Source: a virus. Taken from it: a DNA stretch of 64,000 bases. Below the pieces are notes generated by a model. That model ran no database searches and had not been told where the DNA came from. It worked only from the letters and a program-made list of their open reading frames with translations. The position numbers and the translations under genes were made by a program. The stretch covers positions 1-64,000 of the IMG/VR virus record IMGVR_UViG_3300035664_000005. The stretch is one strand, 5' to 3'. Shown here one piece after another: positions 55,349-64,000 of this stretch (its first letter is position 1; every line of letters starts with the position of its first letter).

Positions 55349-55696
55349 TTATTTTGCTTTTACGACTCCGTCAGGGATGACAGCGAACCTACATTTTCCT
55401 TCAGGGGCGACAGGGAGCGAGATTATCTTGCACGAAGTACCGCCTTCGTATAAAACACAATTAGAACACTTGACGCCTATCTGTGCCACTTCATTTTTTG
55501 ATGGATCATCATAACCAGCCCATACACCTGTGTAATCTTGATTGAATTTTCCATATTTTTGAGTGATTTGGATAAGCGAATCAGCAAGTGCTTGTTCTTC
55601 GGGGTTAAGAGTTGGTGTTTGTGGTTTAGATATGGCAATCATCCTCATAGGCATTTGCGACATCAGCATCTCAATGAACGATTTTTCTGTTGTCAT
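55349..55696 (-). CDS. HiPIP-like four-Cys domain protein
   Basis: KCSNCVLY.....CKII...V..EG.CRF; start at ATG 55696. Confidence 0.55.
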   Translation of the reverse strand: MTTEKSFIEMLMSQMPMRMIAISKPQTPTLNPEEQALADSLIQITQKYGKFNQDYTGVWAGYDDPSKNEVAQIGVKCSNCVLYEGGTSCKIISLPVAPEGKCRFAVIPDGVVKAK

Positions 55697-55697
55697 T

Positions 55698-56105
55698 TTA
55701 TTTTGTTTCCTTTTTGAACTCTGCCCAAGTTTTATCTCCGACGCCATAGTATTCTCTAGCGTTCCCTGACTGAATCATGTCAATATTAAGACACGCTGTT
55801 TGAGGGTCATCAATTTTGTCTGAAGAATAAATTCTTGCCAAAACACGACCATACTTGTCGCTCTTATCAGGAATTGTGTTAACAAAAACCCATTTATGAT
55901 TCGTGATCCAATCCTCAACAAACTTCTTTGCCTTCAACCCAAGTTCCTTTTCTTTCAAATCTTTTGTCCGTGATTCAGGGGTGTTGATACCATATAAACG
56001 AACACGGATTTTATGATGAACGCTAAAACCAAGATCAACCATTAAATCAACGGTGTCGCCGTCAACTACTTTGAGAATTGTTGCTCCGTACCAAAATCTT
56101 TCCAT
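55698..56105 (-). CDS. thermonuclease (SNase-like) family protein
   Basis: KVVDGDTVD...DLGF......RVRLYGINTPES; DKYGRVLA; LN..MI..G.A..Y. Confidence 0.88.
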   Translation of the reverse strand: MERFWYGATILKVVDGDTVDLMVDLGFSVHHKIRVRLYGINTPESRTKDLKEKELGLKAKKFVEDWITNHKWVFVNTIPDKSDKYGRVLARIYSSDKIDDPQTACLNIDMIQSGNAREYYGVGDKTWAEFKKETK

Positions 56106-56107
56106 AA

Positions 56108-56869
56108 TCAATCCTTATCTTTAGAGTTTTTATATCGTTCCAACAATCGTCTGCCCTTTTCAGCAAGACGCGCCGCTGCTTCTCTGTCTTGTGGGACTGG
56201 TTCACCCCAAGCCGCGGCGGAAAGAGCGAGCCGTGTTGGGCGCCCTTTTTCGTCTTTCATAGGACCAGAAGGGTTGGTGAAGAACCGTGTAAGAAACGAT
56301 CCTTTGCGACGCATCTTTTCTGGTGTATCGGCACGACCCTTAACTCCTGGTTTTAAATTAGATCCTTGAGTTCTGTTGAAGTGCGCCCTGCCAGCGGCGG
56401 TCAATCCACCCTTTGGGTCGCGCAATGGTTTAGCGGACTTCTCTTTGACGATCGGACCACCAGTAACCCATGCACGGCAAGTTCTCTTTGATGCACACTT
56501 AAAATCAAACGCTTCGCAATATCCAAGTTCACCAGCACTATCAATTGCTTCCCACTCATCCTTACGCTCGCCGTTAGTAACGCCCTTTTCTATGCAATCC
56601 TTCATAGACGGAGTCTGTATAAACAAAGCACAGTTTCCGCACAGTTGTTTTTTTGCCGACGCAGTATCAACATCCCACTCTTTTGCTAACTTTCCCCAAT
56701 AATCATTATTGGGTTCAGAAGGATTAAGCGGACCGTACATTGCTGTCTTGATTGCTTTACCACGGTTACTTAGGTTTGTTGCAATGTCCTGTGTCGCTTT
56801 AGGGCAAGATTCTTCCGCTTTAACACGAACAGAGATCGGTTGACCGTTAATCAAATCAGTGAATTTCAT
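56108..56869 (-). CDS. two-domain head-associated protein (Cys-rich domain + DUF6321-like domain)
   Basis: CP.ATQD...NL.NR..AI...YGP.NP; CGNC..F; GYC..FDFKCA..RTC.AW; then DPKGGLTAAGR...RRKGSFL.RF...KGRPTRLAL...AWG. Confidence 0.65.
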   Translation of the reverse strand: MKFTDLINGQPISVRVKAEESCPKATQDIATNLSNRGKAIKTAMYGPLNPSEPNNDYWGKLAKEWDVDTASAKKQLCGNCALFIQTPSMKDCIEKGVTNGERKDEWEAIDSAGELGYCEAFDFKCASKRTCRAWVTGGPIVKEKSAKPLRDPKGGLTAAGRAHFNRTQGSNLKPGVKGRADTPEKMRRKGSFLTRFFTNPSGPMKDEKGRPTRLALSAAAWGEPVPQDREAAARLAEKGRRLLERYKNSKDKD

Positions 56870-56896
56870 AGTTCCTCATTATCCCACAAAACACAA

Positions 56897-56931
56897 AACC
56901 CCCACCCCAACCTTGCGGTCAGAGTGGGGGT
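56897..56931 (-). terminator. intrinsic terminator after major capsid gene
   Basis: ACCCCCAC...GTGGGGGT hairpin followed on minus strand by TTTTGTGTTTT. Confidence 0.7.
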
Positions 56932-56950
56932 CGTGTGAATTATTTATTGA

Positions 56951-58270
56951 TTAGGCTGATGGAGCCGCATCAAAATTTACCTTCACGAACGACTCTGGTC
57001 GCTTCACAGCGAGAGCCAATCGTTGCTCGGCAAGGATCACGATTGCGTTACGCACGAAGAAGTCTGCATGCTGTTCGCTCACTCGGATGCTTGGTGATTC
57101 ACGGTCGTAGATTTGTGCTCCCGTACCGAATGCACCAATAAGTGCTGTACCTTCAGCAATTGCTGGAGTGTCCACTACTGGAATTCTCCACAAACGCTGC
57201 TCGCCACCCATTGCAACAGAGACTGCTACGACGTAAGCGCCGTTGCCATCTTTGCTGAGTTCAATGTCTTCCCAATCGTTCGGGTTAAGAACGATACCCG
57301 ATGGCTCGTAGTAAGCCAAGAAGGAAAGAGTTGCGGCACGACGGACTGCGTCAGCCTTGGTGTCGCTCATGCCTGCTGTTGCTGAGTATGTGCCATCCGA
57401 CCAGTCATAGGTTTGTACGCCCGGTGTATTCAAGATACCTCGGAGGTTTTCGCCAGTGCCTGAACCGTTCAAGATCTGTGCATCTTCCTGCAAACGGAGA
57501 CCGTACATCAACTCGTTGTCAATGATTGAGCGTAGTTGTGGCTCATCAGCAAGAACGTTGCGGTGTGCGGCTTCCCAGTGTGCCATTGTGCGAACAGGAG
57601 CCTGCTCACCAACGAAGGTGAAGGACGACTGTGGCTTCGCACCGAAAGCATCGCCTGAACGCTCAGCAACTGCTGATGCGTTGTTGACGAAACCTGTCAT
57701 ACGGAAGTATTCAATGATCGCGGCGTTCGTGGTGCGGCTTGGGAACAAGTCACGGACACGCTTCGTGCGCATTGGAGGGATAACCATTGCATCGCGTTGG
57801 ATGGTTCCAAACGAGCCAGGTGTACCTGTTGGAAGTGCCGAGTACAGATCTTTTACGCTGTAATCGCTACCCGAACGGTATGGGCTTGGCATGTTTGCTG
57901 AACCGCTTGCGAGCAACGACTTGAACTCTGCTGAAGCAAGGAATGCTTCGCCGATTGTCTTTGCACGCATTGGCTGTACTGCGTTTTGCAATTCGGCAGT
58001 TGCATAAGCCGAAGCCTGTGCTACTGAATCTTGTGGTTCTGAAGCCCATTTGTCAGCATCGCGCATTGACTCAAGGCTCTCAACGAGTGACTTGATTTCG
58101 CGGATGTCTGACATGTTCTTGTCAAACGCTGTTTTTTGTTCTGCTGATACAACTACAGTGCCATCTTCAATTTTGAAGTTGTCTGCGATTGTTTTGTTTT
58201 CTGCCATCTTGGCGCGCATTGCACCTTGAAGTTCAGTTAAACGGCTGTTGTCAAATGACATGTTGTTCAC
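56951..58270 (-). CDS. major capsid protein, HK97 family, with N-terminal coiled-coil delta domain
   Basis: VRDL, A..VAE....KPQS, V.T.AHW......L.D..QL..II...L.YG....ED.QILNG.G....L.GIL, LNP.DW..IEL.KD.NG.Y, LWRIPVV, F.RN...ILAE.RLALAV.RP..FV. Confidence 0.95.
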   Translation of the reverse strand: MNNMSFDNSRLTELQGAMRAKMAENKTIADNFKIEDGTVVVSAEQKTAFDKNMSDIREIKSLVESLESMRDADKWASEPQDSVAQASAYATAELQNAVQPMRAKTIGEAFLASAEFKSLLASGSANMPSPYRSGSDYSVKDLYSALPTGTPGSFGTIQRDAMVIPPMRTKRVRDLFPSRTTNAAIIEYFRMTGFVNNASAVAERSGDAFGAKPQSSFTFVGEQAPVRTMAHWEAAHRNVLADEPQLRSIIDNELMYGLRLQEDAQILNGSGTGENLRGILNTPGVQTYDWSDGTYSATAGMSDTKADAVRRAATLSFLAYYEPSGIVLNPNDWEDIELSKDGNGAYVVAVSVAMGGEQRLWRIPVVDTPAIAEGTALIGAFGTGAQIYDRESPSIRVSEQHADFFVRNAIVILAEQRLALAVKRPESFVKVNFDAAPSA

Positions 58271-58409
58271 TCCTAGTGAATTGGATTTTGTTGGTGGTTA
58301 CTTATTTTTTTATTATTAAGACTTCGGTAAGCACCTAGTCCAGTTACATTTGCTGTATTACGAGAATAACATCAAAGTAACATTAAAAATGCAACCCCTT
58401 TTATTGGGT

Positions 58410-60926
58410 TTACTTTGCGTAGTGTCGTTTTACTACTCGTGGGCAACATTTTTTGGCGTACTTGACTCCGTATTCGCCGTCGTCAAATCCTGCCCATTTT
58501 TTGGTTGTTTTTCGGTTCCGCCAAGGGTGGTCTAGTGGAAGTAGATCATTGTCATCAAAATATTTGACATCTTTCGGTTTGTCTGACATCAATAGCGACA
58601 AAAACTTGGAAACACGCTTGTTCGCAGAGGTTTTGTCACCATCTTCAAGACCTCGCATATACACATTTTTGAGGTCTCGCAGGTTAGCCCGTTGTGAGGC
58701 TTTGGCTTTTGCGTTGTGCTGACGGACACGGACAGCAAGGTTATTGATATCGGTACTTGTCACGGTTGGTGGCTTCTTTTTGGGTTTTGGCACACCCTTA
58801 AAAGAAATCAGACCAGTCTGAGCAATTGAACTTTGAGCATCCTTTTTACCGAAACCCTTACGCTCTACAGATTTAAACTCATCCCCAAGATTCACTTCTT
58901 CTTTCCAGACAAAAACAGGAACACGGAAATCGGGGTGATTATCATATGCGGCTATAAGACGATGATGTCCATCATAAATGCTTCTCTTTCCGTCAGCCCA
59001 TTCTCGCAATATTATTGGATAAAATACACCCTCTTGGCGAATACGCTGATTCATGCCACCAGAATTAATTCGCCGCTGATCCTCCAAATACTCCGCAGAC
59101 TCACTGTCCAGTAACGAAAGATTATACGCATTCTCCGCAGGAAGTTTCATTAACTCGGCAGCACTGAATTCCTCGTCACCATGTCTTTCCGAACTTTTTT
59201 TAGGATCCAAAAAATCAGGATTCACATCAGAGCGCATCTTCTTCAGAGCCTCCGTTGTCAAAACATCGGGTAGTTTCACTACAGGGATTTTGTCTTCTCC
59301 ACCAATAATTCCACCAGTTGTGAACCCGTCACCGTCACCGTCTTCATTAGACCTACTACCAATTGGTGTACCCAAAACCTTTTTTCCAAATTTGGAACCC
59401 TGACGGCGAGGATTATTCCTAGGGCTGTTATCCCCTCGGATACCTGTTACACGGTTGTAGTCAGACACATTCGTGCAAGGCAACCAAACAAGTTTCCCGT
59501 CAGACGCCGTGTATCTGCGGATACCGATACAGCCCAAGTTTCTTGCACGGATACGGGCGGACTCTGCGTTGCTAAAAGTATCAGGGTCTGTTGAACGGCT
59601 AACAAAGTTAACAAAACCTTTTTGTTTCATTTTATTTTTAGGAAAATGTCTCCCACCAGAAACATGGTGAGAACCACTTATTTCAAACAAGTTATCGTCG
59701 TCAGAAGTAACTATTTTCTCTTGCTTTGTATACAGAGCATCAAACATCTTCTTGATCATGTCATCTGGAAGCACCCCCGCTTTTTGTGGAGGAAAATCTC
59801 CTCGTTCAATCAAGAATGCGTTTTGTCCGCGTGTTTCCATCGCCAAAGCGCCGTGTACTTCAGCAGGTAAAGTCAATTTGTGTGCTTGGTACGCGGCTTC
59901 TTCACCGTGACGATCAAATCCGCGACCAGTCGCCAAATGACCCAAAACATCGTGCACCGCCCTGAACTTGTCATTGGTCGCGTCACTCCAATAAGGGTGA
60001 GATCCAGTCACTGAAGTTTTCATAACTTTCAGTCGTCGGTTCCGTATAAAATCCTCGTGCATTTCATAAAATGATTTATACGGATCTTCATCAACGAATT
60101 CAAATTTGATACCCTGCTCTTCCAAGAATTTGAACTGACGGTCAAGTTCTCCCGCAAATTGGTCGTATGCTTTTTTTGCCTTCTCATCTAATACGGGCAT
60201 ACGGTCATATTGAGATACAATTTTTTTTCTTCTATCTGTATCTATTCCGACTACTTCTGAGAAGTCTTGATCATCTAAGGTCGCTGAAAGTCCTTTAATT
60301 CGTTGCGCTAATTGCATTTCAACGCCTTCAGGACCTATCTTTTTTATTTGTTCTAAAACAGTCCTTGCAATTACGGGAATTTTGTCTTCACCACGAGCGT
60401 TAGATGTAAAGCCGTCACCGTCGCCATCAATCTCCGATACACCACCAATTGGGCGACCAACCGAAGTACCCAAAGCCTTTCCTGAGAAAGAACCAGTTAC
60501 TAGTCCACCACCCGGCAAGGTGGCGATACCCGTAATGGGTTTTTCGTCAAGGTTCTCCCAACCCTTCTTCGGTGCCCGATGATTGCAAACAGCATAATAC
60601 TTTTTCCCATCAAGCATGACGGTTCGTACACCACCACAACCACGAGCCTTAGAAATAGCAACCGCATCAGCACGATTCTCGTAATAGGCATCAGACTTTG
60701 TTTCCAAACGCTTGGTGCGTTGAACCATTTTTGGCAAAGGCTTCTTCTTCTTTGATGCAAGGACTTTTAGATATTCTTCTTCACCTTTTTTGATTGCTTC
60801 ATACTCTTCATGCGACCCACAAGGCATCCAACCATTTTCGGTTTCATGGGCGCCTTTGCATCCGAGCATACGTGCGACACGAAGAGCCTGTTCTCGTGTG
60901 GTCAAATCAGGTTTTTTATCGGTCAT
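58410..60926 (-). CDS. multidomain (polyvalent-type) head-associated protein: 3x DUF3721-like Cys repeats, FRAVHD..GH domain, ParB-like domain, C-terminal DLLP.DHP domain
   Basis: LGCKGAH..WMPC / GCGGVR..YAVC / LGCIGIR..WLPC; NDKFRAVHDVLGH..GEEAA..ETRGQN; PI.......IYDGHHRL.A; immediately upstream of MCP. Confidence 0.75.
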   Translation of the reverse strand: MTDKKPDLTTREQALRVARMLGCKGAHETENGWMPCGSHEEYEAIKKGEEEYLKVLASKKKKPLPKMVQRTKRLETKSDAYYENRADAVAISKARGCGGVRTVMLDGKKYYAVCNHRAPKKGWENLDEKPITGIATLPGGGLVTGSFSGKALGTSVGRPIGGVSEIDGDGDGFTSNARGEDKIPVIARTVLEQIKKIGPEGVEMQLAQRIKGLSATLDDQDFSEVVGIDTDRRKKIVSQYDRMPVLDEKAKKAYDQFAGELDRQFKFLEEQGIKFEFVDEDPYKSFYEMHEDFIRNRRLKVMKTSVTGSHPYWSDATNDKFRAVHDVLGHLATGRGFDRHGEEAAYQAHKLTLPAEVHGALAMETRGQNAFLIERGDFPPQKAGVLPDDMIKKMFDALYTKQEKIVTSDDDNLFEISGSHHVSGGRHFPKNKMKQKGFVNFVSRSTDPDTFSNAESARIRARNLGCIGIRRYTASDGKLVWLPCTNVSDYNRVTGIRGDNSPRNNPRRQGSKFGKKVLGTPIGSRSNEDGDGDGFTTGGIIGGEDKIPVVKLPDVLTTEALKKMRSDVNPDFLDPKKSSERHGDEEFSAAELMKLPAENAYNLSLLDSESAEYLEDQRRINSGGMNQRIRQEGVFYPIILREWADGKRSIYDGHHRLIAAYDNHPDFRVPVFVWKEEVNLGDEFKSVERKGFGKKDAQSSIAQTGLISFKGVPKPKKKPPTVTSTDINNLAVRVRQHNAKAKASQRANLRDLKNVYMRGLEDGDKTSANKRVSKFLSLLMSDKPKDVKYFDDNDLLPLDHPWRNRKTTKKWAGFDDGEYGVKYAKKCCPRVVKRHYAK

Positions 60927-61180
60927 TTCTTCTTCTTCTTTTTCTTCTTTTCGCTCTCGGAAATGTATGGTGTAATCATCCCATAAGTTTTATGCATTTC
61001 ATCAATCTTGTCTTGATTTCTCATAAGATAACTGACCATTGACTCAAGGTCACCGTCTTCACCATTGTCTTCGGCGAAACCGAACGCTGTAGCAATAATT
61101 TTTGAACGCGTATTAGCGTTTTTTACTTTTTTGTATAGTTCAACTTTTATCGCAGTTTTTTGTTTTTCTGTGAGTTTCAT
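60923..61180 (-). CDS. hypothetical protein with poly-Lys C-terminus
   Basis: ATGA coupling on both sides. Confidence 0.6.
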   Translation of the reverse strand: MKLTEKQKTAIKVELYKKVKNANTRSKIIATAFGFAEDNGEDGDLESMVSYLMRNQDKIDEMHKTYGMITPYISESEKKKKKKKK

Positions 61181-64000
61181 GTCAGCCTCTTGTACCTTAT
61201 CGCTCTATCTCTAAGCAAATTTTTTCTTCTTATATTTCGGTAAGCAGATTTCTCCCCAATTTTGTTGTCAGCGAAATTCAGGGCGGCACCCGAATATAGG
61301 GGCATGTGTTCTATGAACCAATGTTTTATGTAATCTCTACGGGCTTGTTCTTGGATACCACCAGAATCCATCATAAAGATTGCATCTTGGAGGGAAAGAG
61401 GTACACCAGATTTTTGTAGATCAACGAACGCTTTGACTCGTTGGTACTCTTCATCCGTTGTAATTAAACCACTGCCACCCAAAACTTCATAAGTCCGCAT
61501 TGCTGCTTTGAAGTGGCTCATCCTGTAACTATCTAGAGGTTCCTCGTTCTTAAACCCGACACGAGCCCAAATGTATTGTCCATCTTCCGCTGGACTTACT
61601 TGTGCTTCTTTAACCCCTATTTTTTCTAAATACCTGAAAGCAACACCGTTATAAACTGTTGCCAATCCTGCTCCTTTGTCGCTATTTTTTGAAATGAAAA
61701 AACTTTGTTGATAGACGCTTGGTGGGTTTCCATTCATTTGTAATCTGCGTGTAGATGCCGCGATTCGCTCTCTCACTACCCTGCCGTCTTCATCTACTTC
61801 GTCAAACTCAACGTCAATAATTGTTTCATCAGGATTGTAGCGAAAACGCTGCACTCGTGTCCTATAAAACTTCCCGTTTGCACCTACGATCTGGTCAAAG
61901 GTGTAAGCCTCTCGCAAATATCCCTCTTTTTGTTCGTTAGAAAGAGTCCCCCATTTTTCTGGTGTCATACGAACAAAATCAGGAAGCATATTGTTTGAAT
62001 CTTCAGGATCGCCACCGTAATCAGGGAACTGAGATTCCAAATAGGTTTCAACCTCTGATGCACGTTTAGCAACTGCTTTTTCTATACTTGTGTCAATATC
62101 TGATTTAAGTTTTTCCGATGTTAGTTCTGGCGCTTCAAGTTCTTTAGGATCAACAAAGTATCCTTCCTGAAGTCTCAGAAGAGCCTTGTCAAAATCTTCT
62201 CTCAGTGAATTTCTTTGACGCATCCCGTGTTGTGCTTCGGCAATGCTAATTCTCGCCCTACCTATTTCACTGACAGCGCGGTTTATCGCTGAGGGTGACG
62301 GATTGTCCTCGTTTGATAATTTTTCAAGTTTTTCAACAGCATCTAAAATTCTTGCTCGCGCTTCTTCAATTCTAGCCAAATCGTCCGAGTCATTCCCATA
62401 TCTGTAGTCGGCACGAATTTGTTCAACAGCGGCAGTGACATCTCTGCCGTCAGCAACTTGGGCTACACGTTGACTCAAATTATCAACATACGCCATTTCA
62501 AGTCGTTGTTGGGTTTCAGCAACATCATATTTGTTTTCATCAATTACTGCAAGGACACCCGAAAGGTCTTTCACATCACTAATTTTTAGTACTGCTTGTT
62601 CCAAAAGTTTTTCTTCAATTGGATCCAACATTTTCTCAACTGGTGTGGGTCTATAGCGAAGTTGTTCAGGTGTACCTACGATTCCTTTTGGTTCCCCAAC
62701 TTTGAATGCTTCCAATGGCGCCAATTTTCCTTCTTGGAACTCTTTTAAAAGTCTTTCTTCTAGTTTTACTCTCACAAGTTTTGCTTTTGCATCAGCAATA
62801 TTTTCCAACTGTGCGCTTATCGGACTTTGAGTGCCGATATTTTGTTTCATGATTTCAAGTTGTTCTTTGATGGTGTTTTGATATGTGTCACGAAGAGATT
62901 CCGCTTGTTCAATCCTCGTAGCGATTTGGGCAGCGCCACCAAAATCCCCATTAAACAGACCTGCGGTATAAGATCTTTCCCAGTTTACGAATTCATCAAG
63001 CCGTGTTTGCAGTTTTGTTTTATAAAGTTCTTTCGCTTGCAAATACAAAATCCCGTTAGAGGAATCTAAGAGTTCATTAACATCATTATTTAATTCAGGA
63101 TCATCAATATCGGCAATGGGCTGATCTGCACCAATTACTGCACGCACAGGGACATCGGGTCTTGCTCCTTCAATACCGAAAGGGTTTTGTTGTATGACCG
63201 CGTTGATGACACGGTTTTCTTCATACATTCTTTCTCTGCCCTGTATCGCTAACACCAGTTTTTGAATTGCTCGTTGACGTTCTTCACCTTCTAACGCGTT
63301 GAGCAATTCTCGTTTCGCGTCGCGTATTTGATTATTGAAATCGGATGCTTTTTCCGAATTAGATGCAATGATTTGATTGAGTGCTTCAATATCCCCGTAT
63401 ATGCCGTCCTGCAATTGGGCTGAATTGTATATTACAGGGTTTTGATTTTTTGCAATTTGATATTGCGAATTGATGGTATTAACTTCGGAATAATTTAGAT
63501 CTTCAATGATTTTAAATTCTTCAGCAAGTTTTGGATCATTAAAACGGCGCGGTCCTGCTGGTTGTGGTTGTGGTTGTGGTTGCTTATCTAGGGGATCGTT
63601 AACCAAGTTGCGTTGAGGTACGGGTCTGCGGCGCCATTCAATATTTGCTTCAATTTCTAATTGACGCATTTCCATCTGTTTTATTTTTTCATCAGACCCT
63701 TGTTGTGCCGCCCACGCGATCAGATACCTGTCACGCACCATGTCTCGTGCGCGTCCTCCGTTTTCTGTTCCCAAGTCTCGTTGAAGATTTAACCACGAGT
63801 CTCCTGCGTCCCTCAACCTTTTTTCAAGGGTCACCTGTAATCTTTTTTCTCTTGCCAATAGATCTTTAAGTTCGTCTAAGTTCGCGGAATTAAAATTCTG
63901 CATATTGTCGTAATTGTTGATTATGTCAAAATTGACGTTATTGAGCGCATCATTAATTTTTGCTTGATCTCGGTCTTCTTTGAAAGTTGCCTCAGGAACA
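61177..64000 (-). CDS. very large helical protein with C-terminal GNAT acetyltransferase-like domain (5' end beyond window)
   Basis: Frame stays open from 63903 to the window edge; KGAGLAT.......Y..KIG........AEDGQYIWARVGF resembles GNAT motifs A and B. Confidence 0.7.
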   Translation of the reverse strand, partial: VPEATFKEDRDQAKINDALNNVNFDIINNYDNMQNFNSANLDELKDLLAREKRLQVTLEKRLRDAGDSWLNLQRDLGTENGGRARDMVRDRYLIAWAAQQGSDEKIKQMEMRQLEIEANIEWRRRPVPQRNLVNDPLDKQPQPQPQPAGPRRFNDPKLAEEFKIIEDLNYSEVNTINSQYQIAKNQNPVIYNSAQLQDGIYGDIEALNQIIASNSEKASDFNNQIRDAKRELLNALEGEERQRAIQKLVLAIQGRERMYEENRVINAVIQQNPFGIEGARPDVPVRAVIGADQPIADIDDPELNNDVNELLDSSNGILYLQAKELYKTKLQTRLDEFVNWERSYTAGLFNGDFGGAAQIATRIEQAESLRDTYQNTIKEQLEIMKQNIGTQSPISAQLENIADAKAKLVRVKLEERLLKEFQEGKLAPLEAFKVGEPKGIVGTPEQLRYRPTPVEKMLDPIEEKLLEQAVLKISDVKDLSGVLAVIDENKYDVAETQQRLEMAYVDNLSQRVAQVADGRDVTAAVEQIRADYRYGNDSDDLARIEEARARILDAVEKLEKLSNEDNPSPSAINRAVSEIGRARISIAEAQHGMRQRNSLREDFDKALLRLQEGYFVDPKELEAPELTSEKLKSDIDTSIEKAVAKRASEVETYLESQFPDYGGDPEDSNNMLPDFVRMTPEKWGTLSNEQKEGYLREAYTFDQIVGANGKFYRTRVQRFRYNPDETIIDVEFDEVDEDGRVVRERIAASTRRLQMNGNPPSVYQQSFFISKNSDKGAGLATVYNGVAFRYLEKIGVKEAQVSPAEDGQYIWARVGFKNEEPLDSYRMSHFKAAMRTYEVLGGSGLITTDEEYQRVKAFVDLQKSGVPLSLQDAIFMMDSGGIQEQARRDYIKHWFIEHMPLYSGAALNFADNKIGEKSAYRNIRRKNLLRDRAIRYKRLT

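Noticed and set aside
7821-63869. Numerous antisense or shadow ORFs of 60-160 aa in the ORF track
   Set aside because: They lie within well-supported genes on another frame or strand and lack motifs or RBS.
1-64000. tRNA, tmRNA, rRNA, integrase/transposase, reverse transcriptase/DGR
   Set aside because: No cloverleaf with a T-loop consensus and no recombinase or RT motifs recognised; a tRNAscan/Infernal run would be needed to exclude them formally.
1-64000. Alternative genetic code / stop-codon reassignment
   Set aside because: Conserved genes (RNR, MCP, SNF2, primase) are full length in code 11, and TAA, TAG and TGA all end genes.

Overview
A 64-kb segment of a large tailed dsDNA phage. 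The host is probably a (freshwater-type) actinobacterium: there are two WhiB genes, many leaderless TANNNT-N6/7-ATG starts and TTGTCCACA/TTATCCACA DnaA boxes. No rRNA, tRNA, integrase or CRISPR array was found. Layout: (i) 0.1-2.6 kb: WhiB, two RHH proteins, helicase-loader-like and initiator-like genes, and a repeat-rich non-coding block. (ii) 2.6-19.3 kb: an early/host-takeover-type region of small, mostly minus-strand genes (DUF2958-, DUF1281/YubB-like, MoxR+VWA). (iii) 19.7-33 kb: DNA metabolism (SNF2 helicase, DUF932, SSB, metallophosphoesterase, HNH, MTase). (iv) 33-54 kb: tailoring enzymes (SDRs, 2OG-Fe(II) oxygenases, glycosyltransferase, FkbM), primase-helicase, RuvC-like, class II RNR and a PTP+HDAC operon. 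(v) 54.5-64 kb: a head module with an HK97-type major capsid protein and multidomain head-associated proteins. The most unusual signals are: (a) three interlocking non-coding motif families in the early region - a polar ~30-bp motif (10 copies, all on one strand), an AGCCCCGC-N15-GCGGG[AG]CT dyad, and DnaA-box clusters - which recur as an ordered composite element; (b) twelve promoters with a TGTTACACCC box at a fixed distance from the -10, four of them with the -10 in a hairpin loop; (c) two sharp AC-to-GT strand-skew inversions; and (d) a repeated K-x-LG..PIG..DGDGDG.FT..ED.[IV]P peptide that precedes different putative effector domains in head-module proteins, suggesting a capsid-targeting, protease-processed cargo system. 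All family calls come from motif recognition by eye; no database searches were run.
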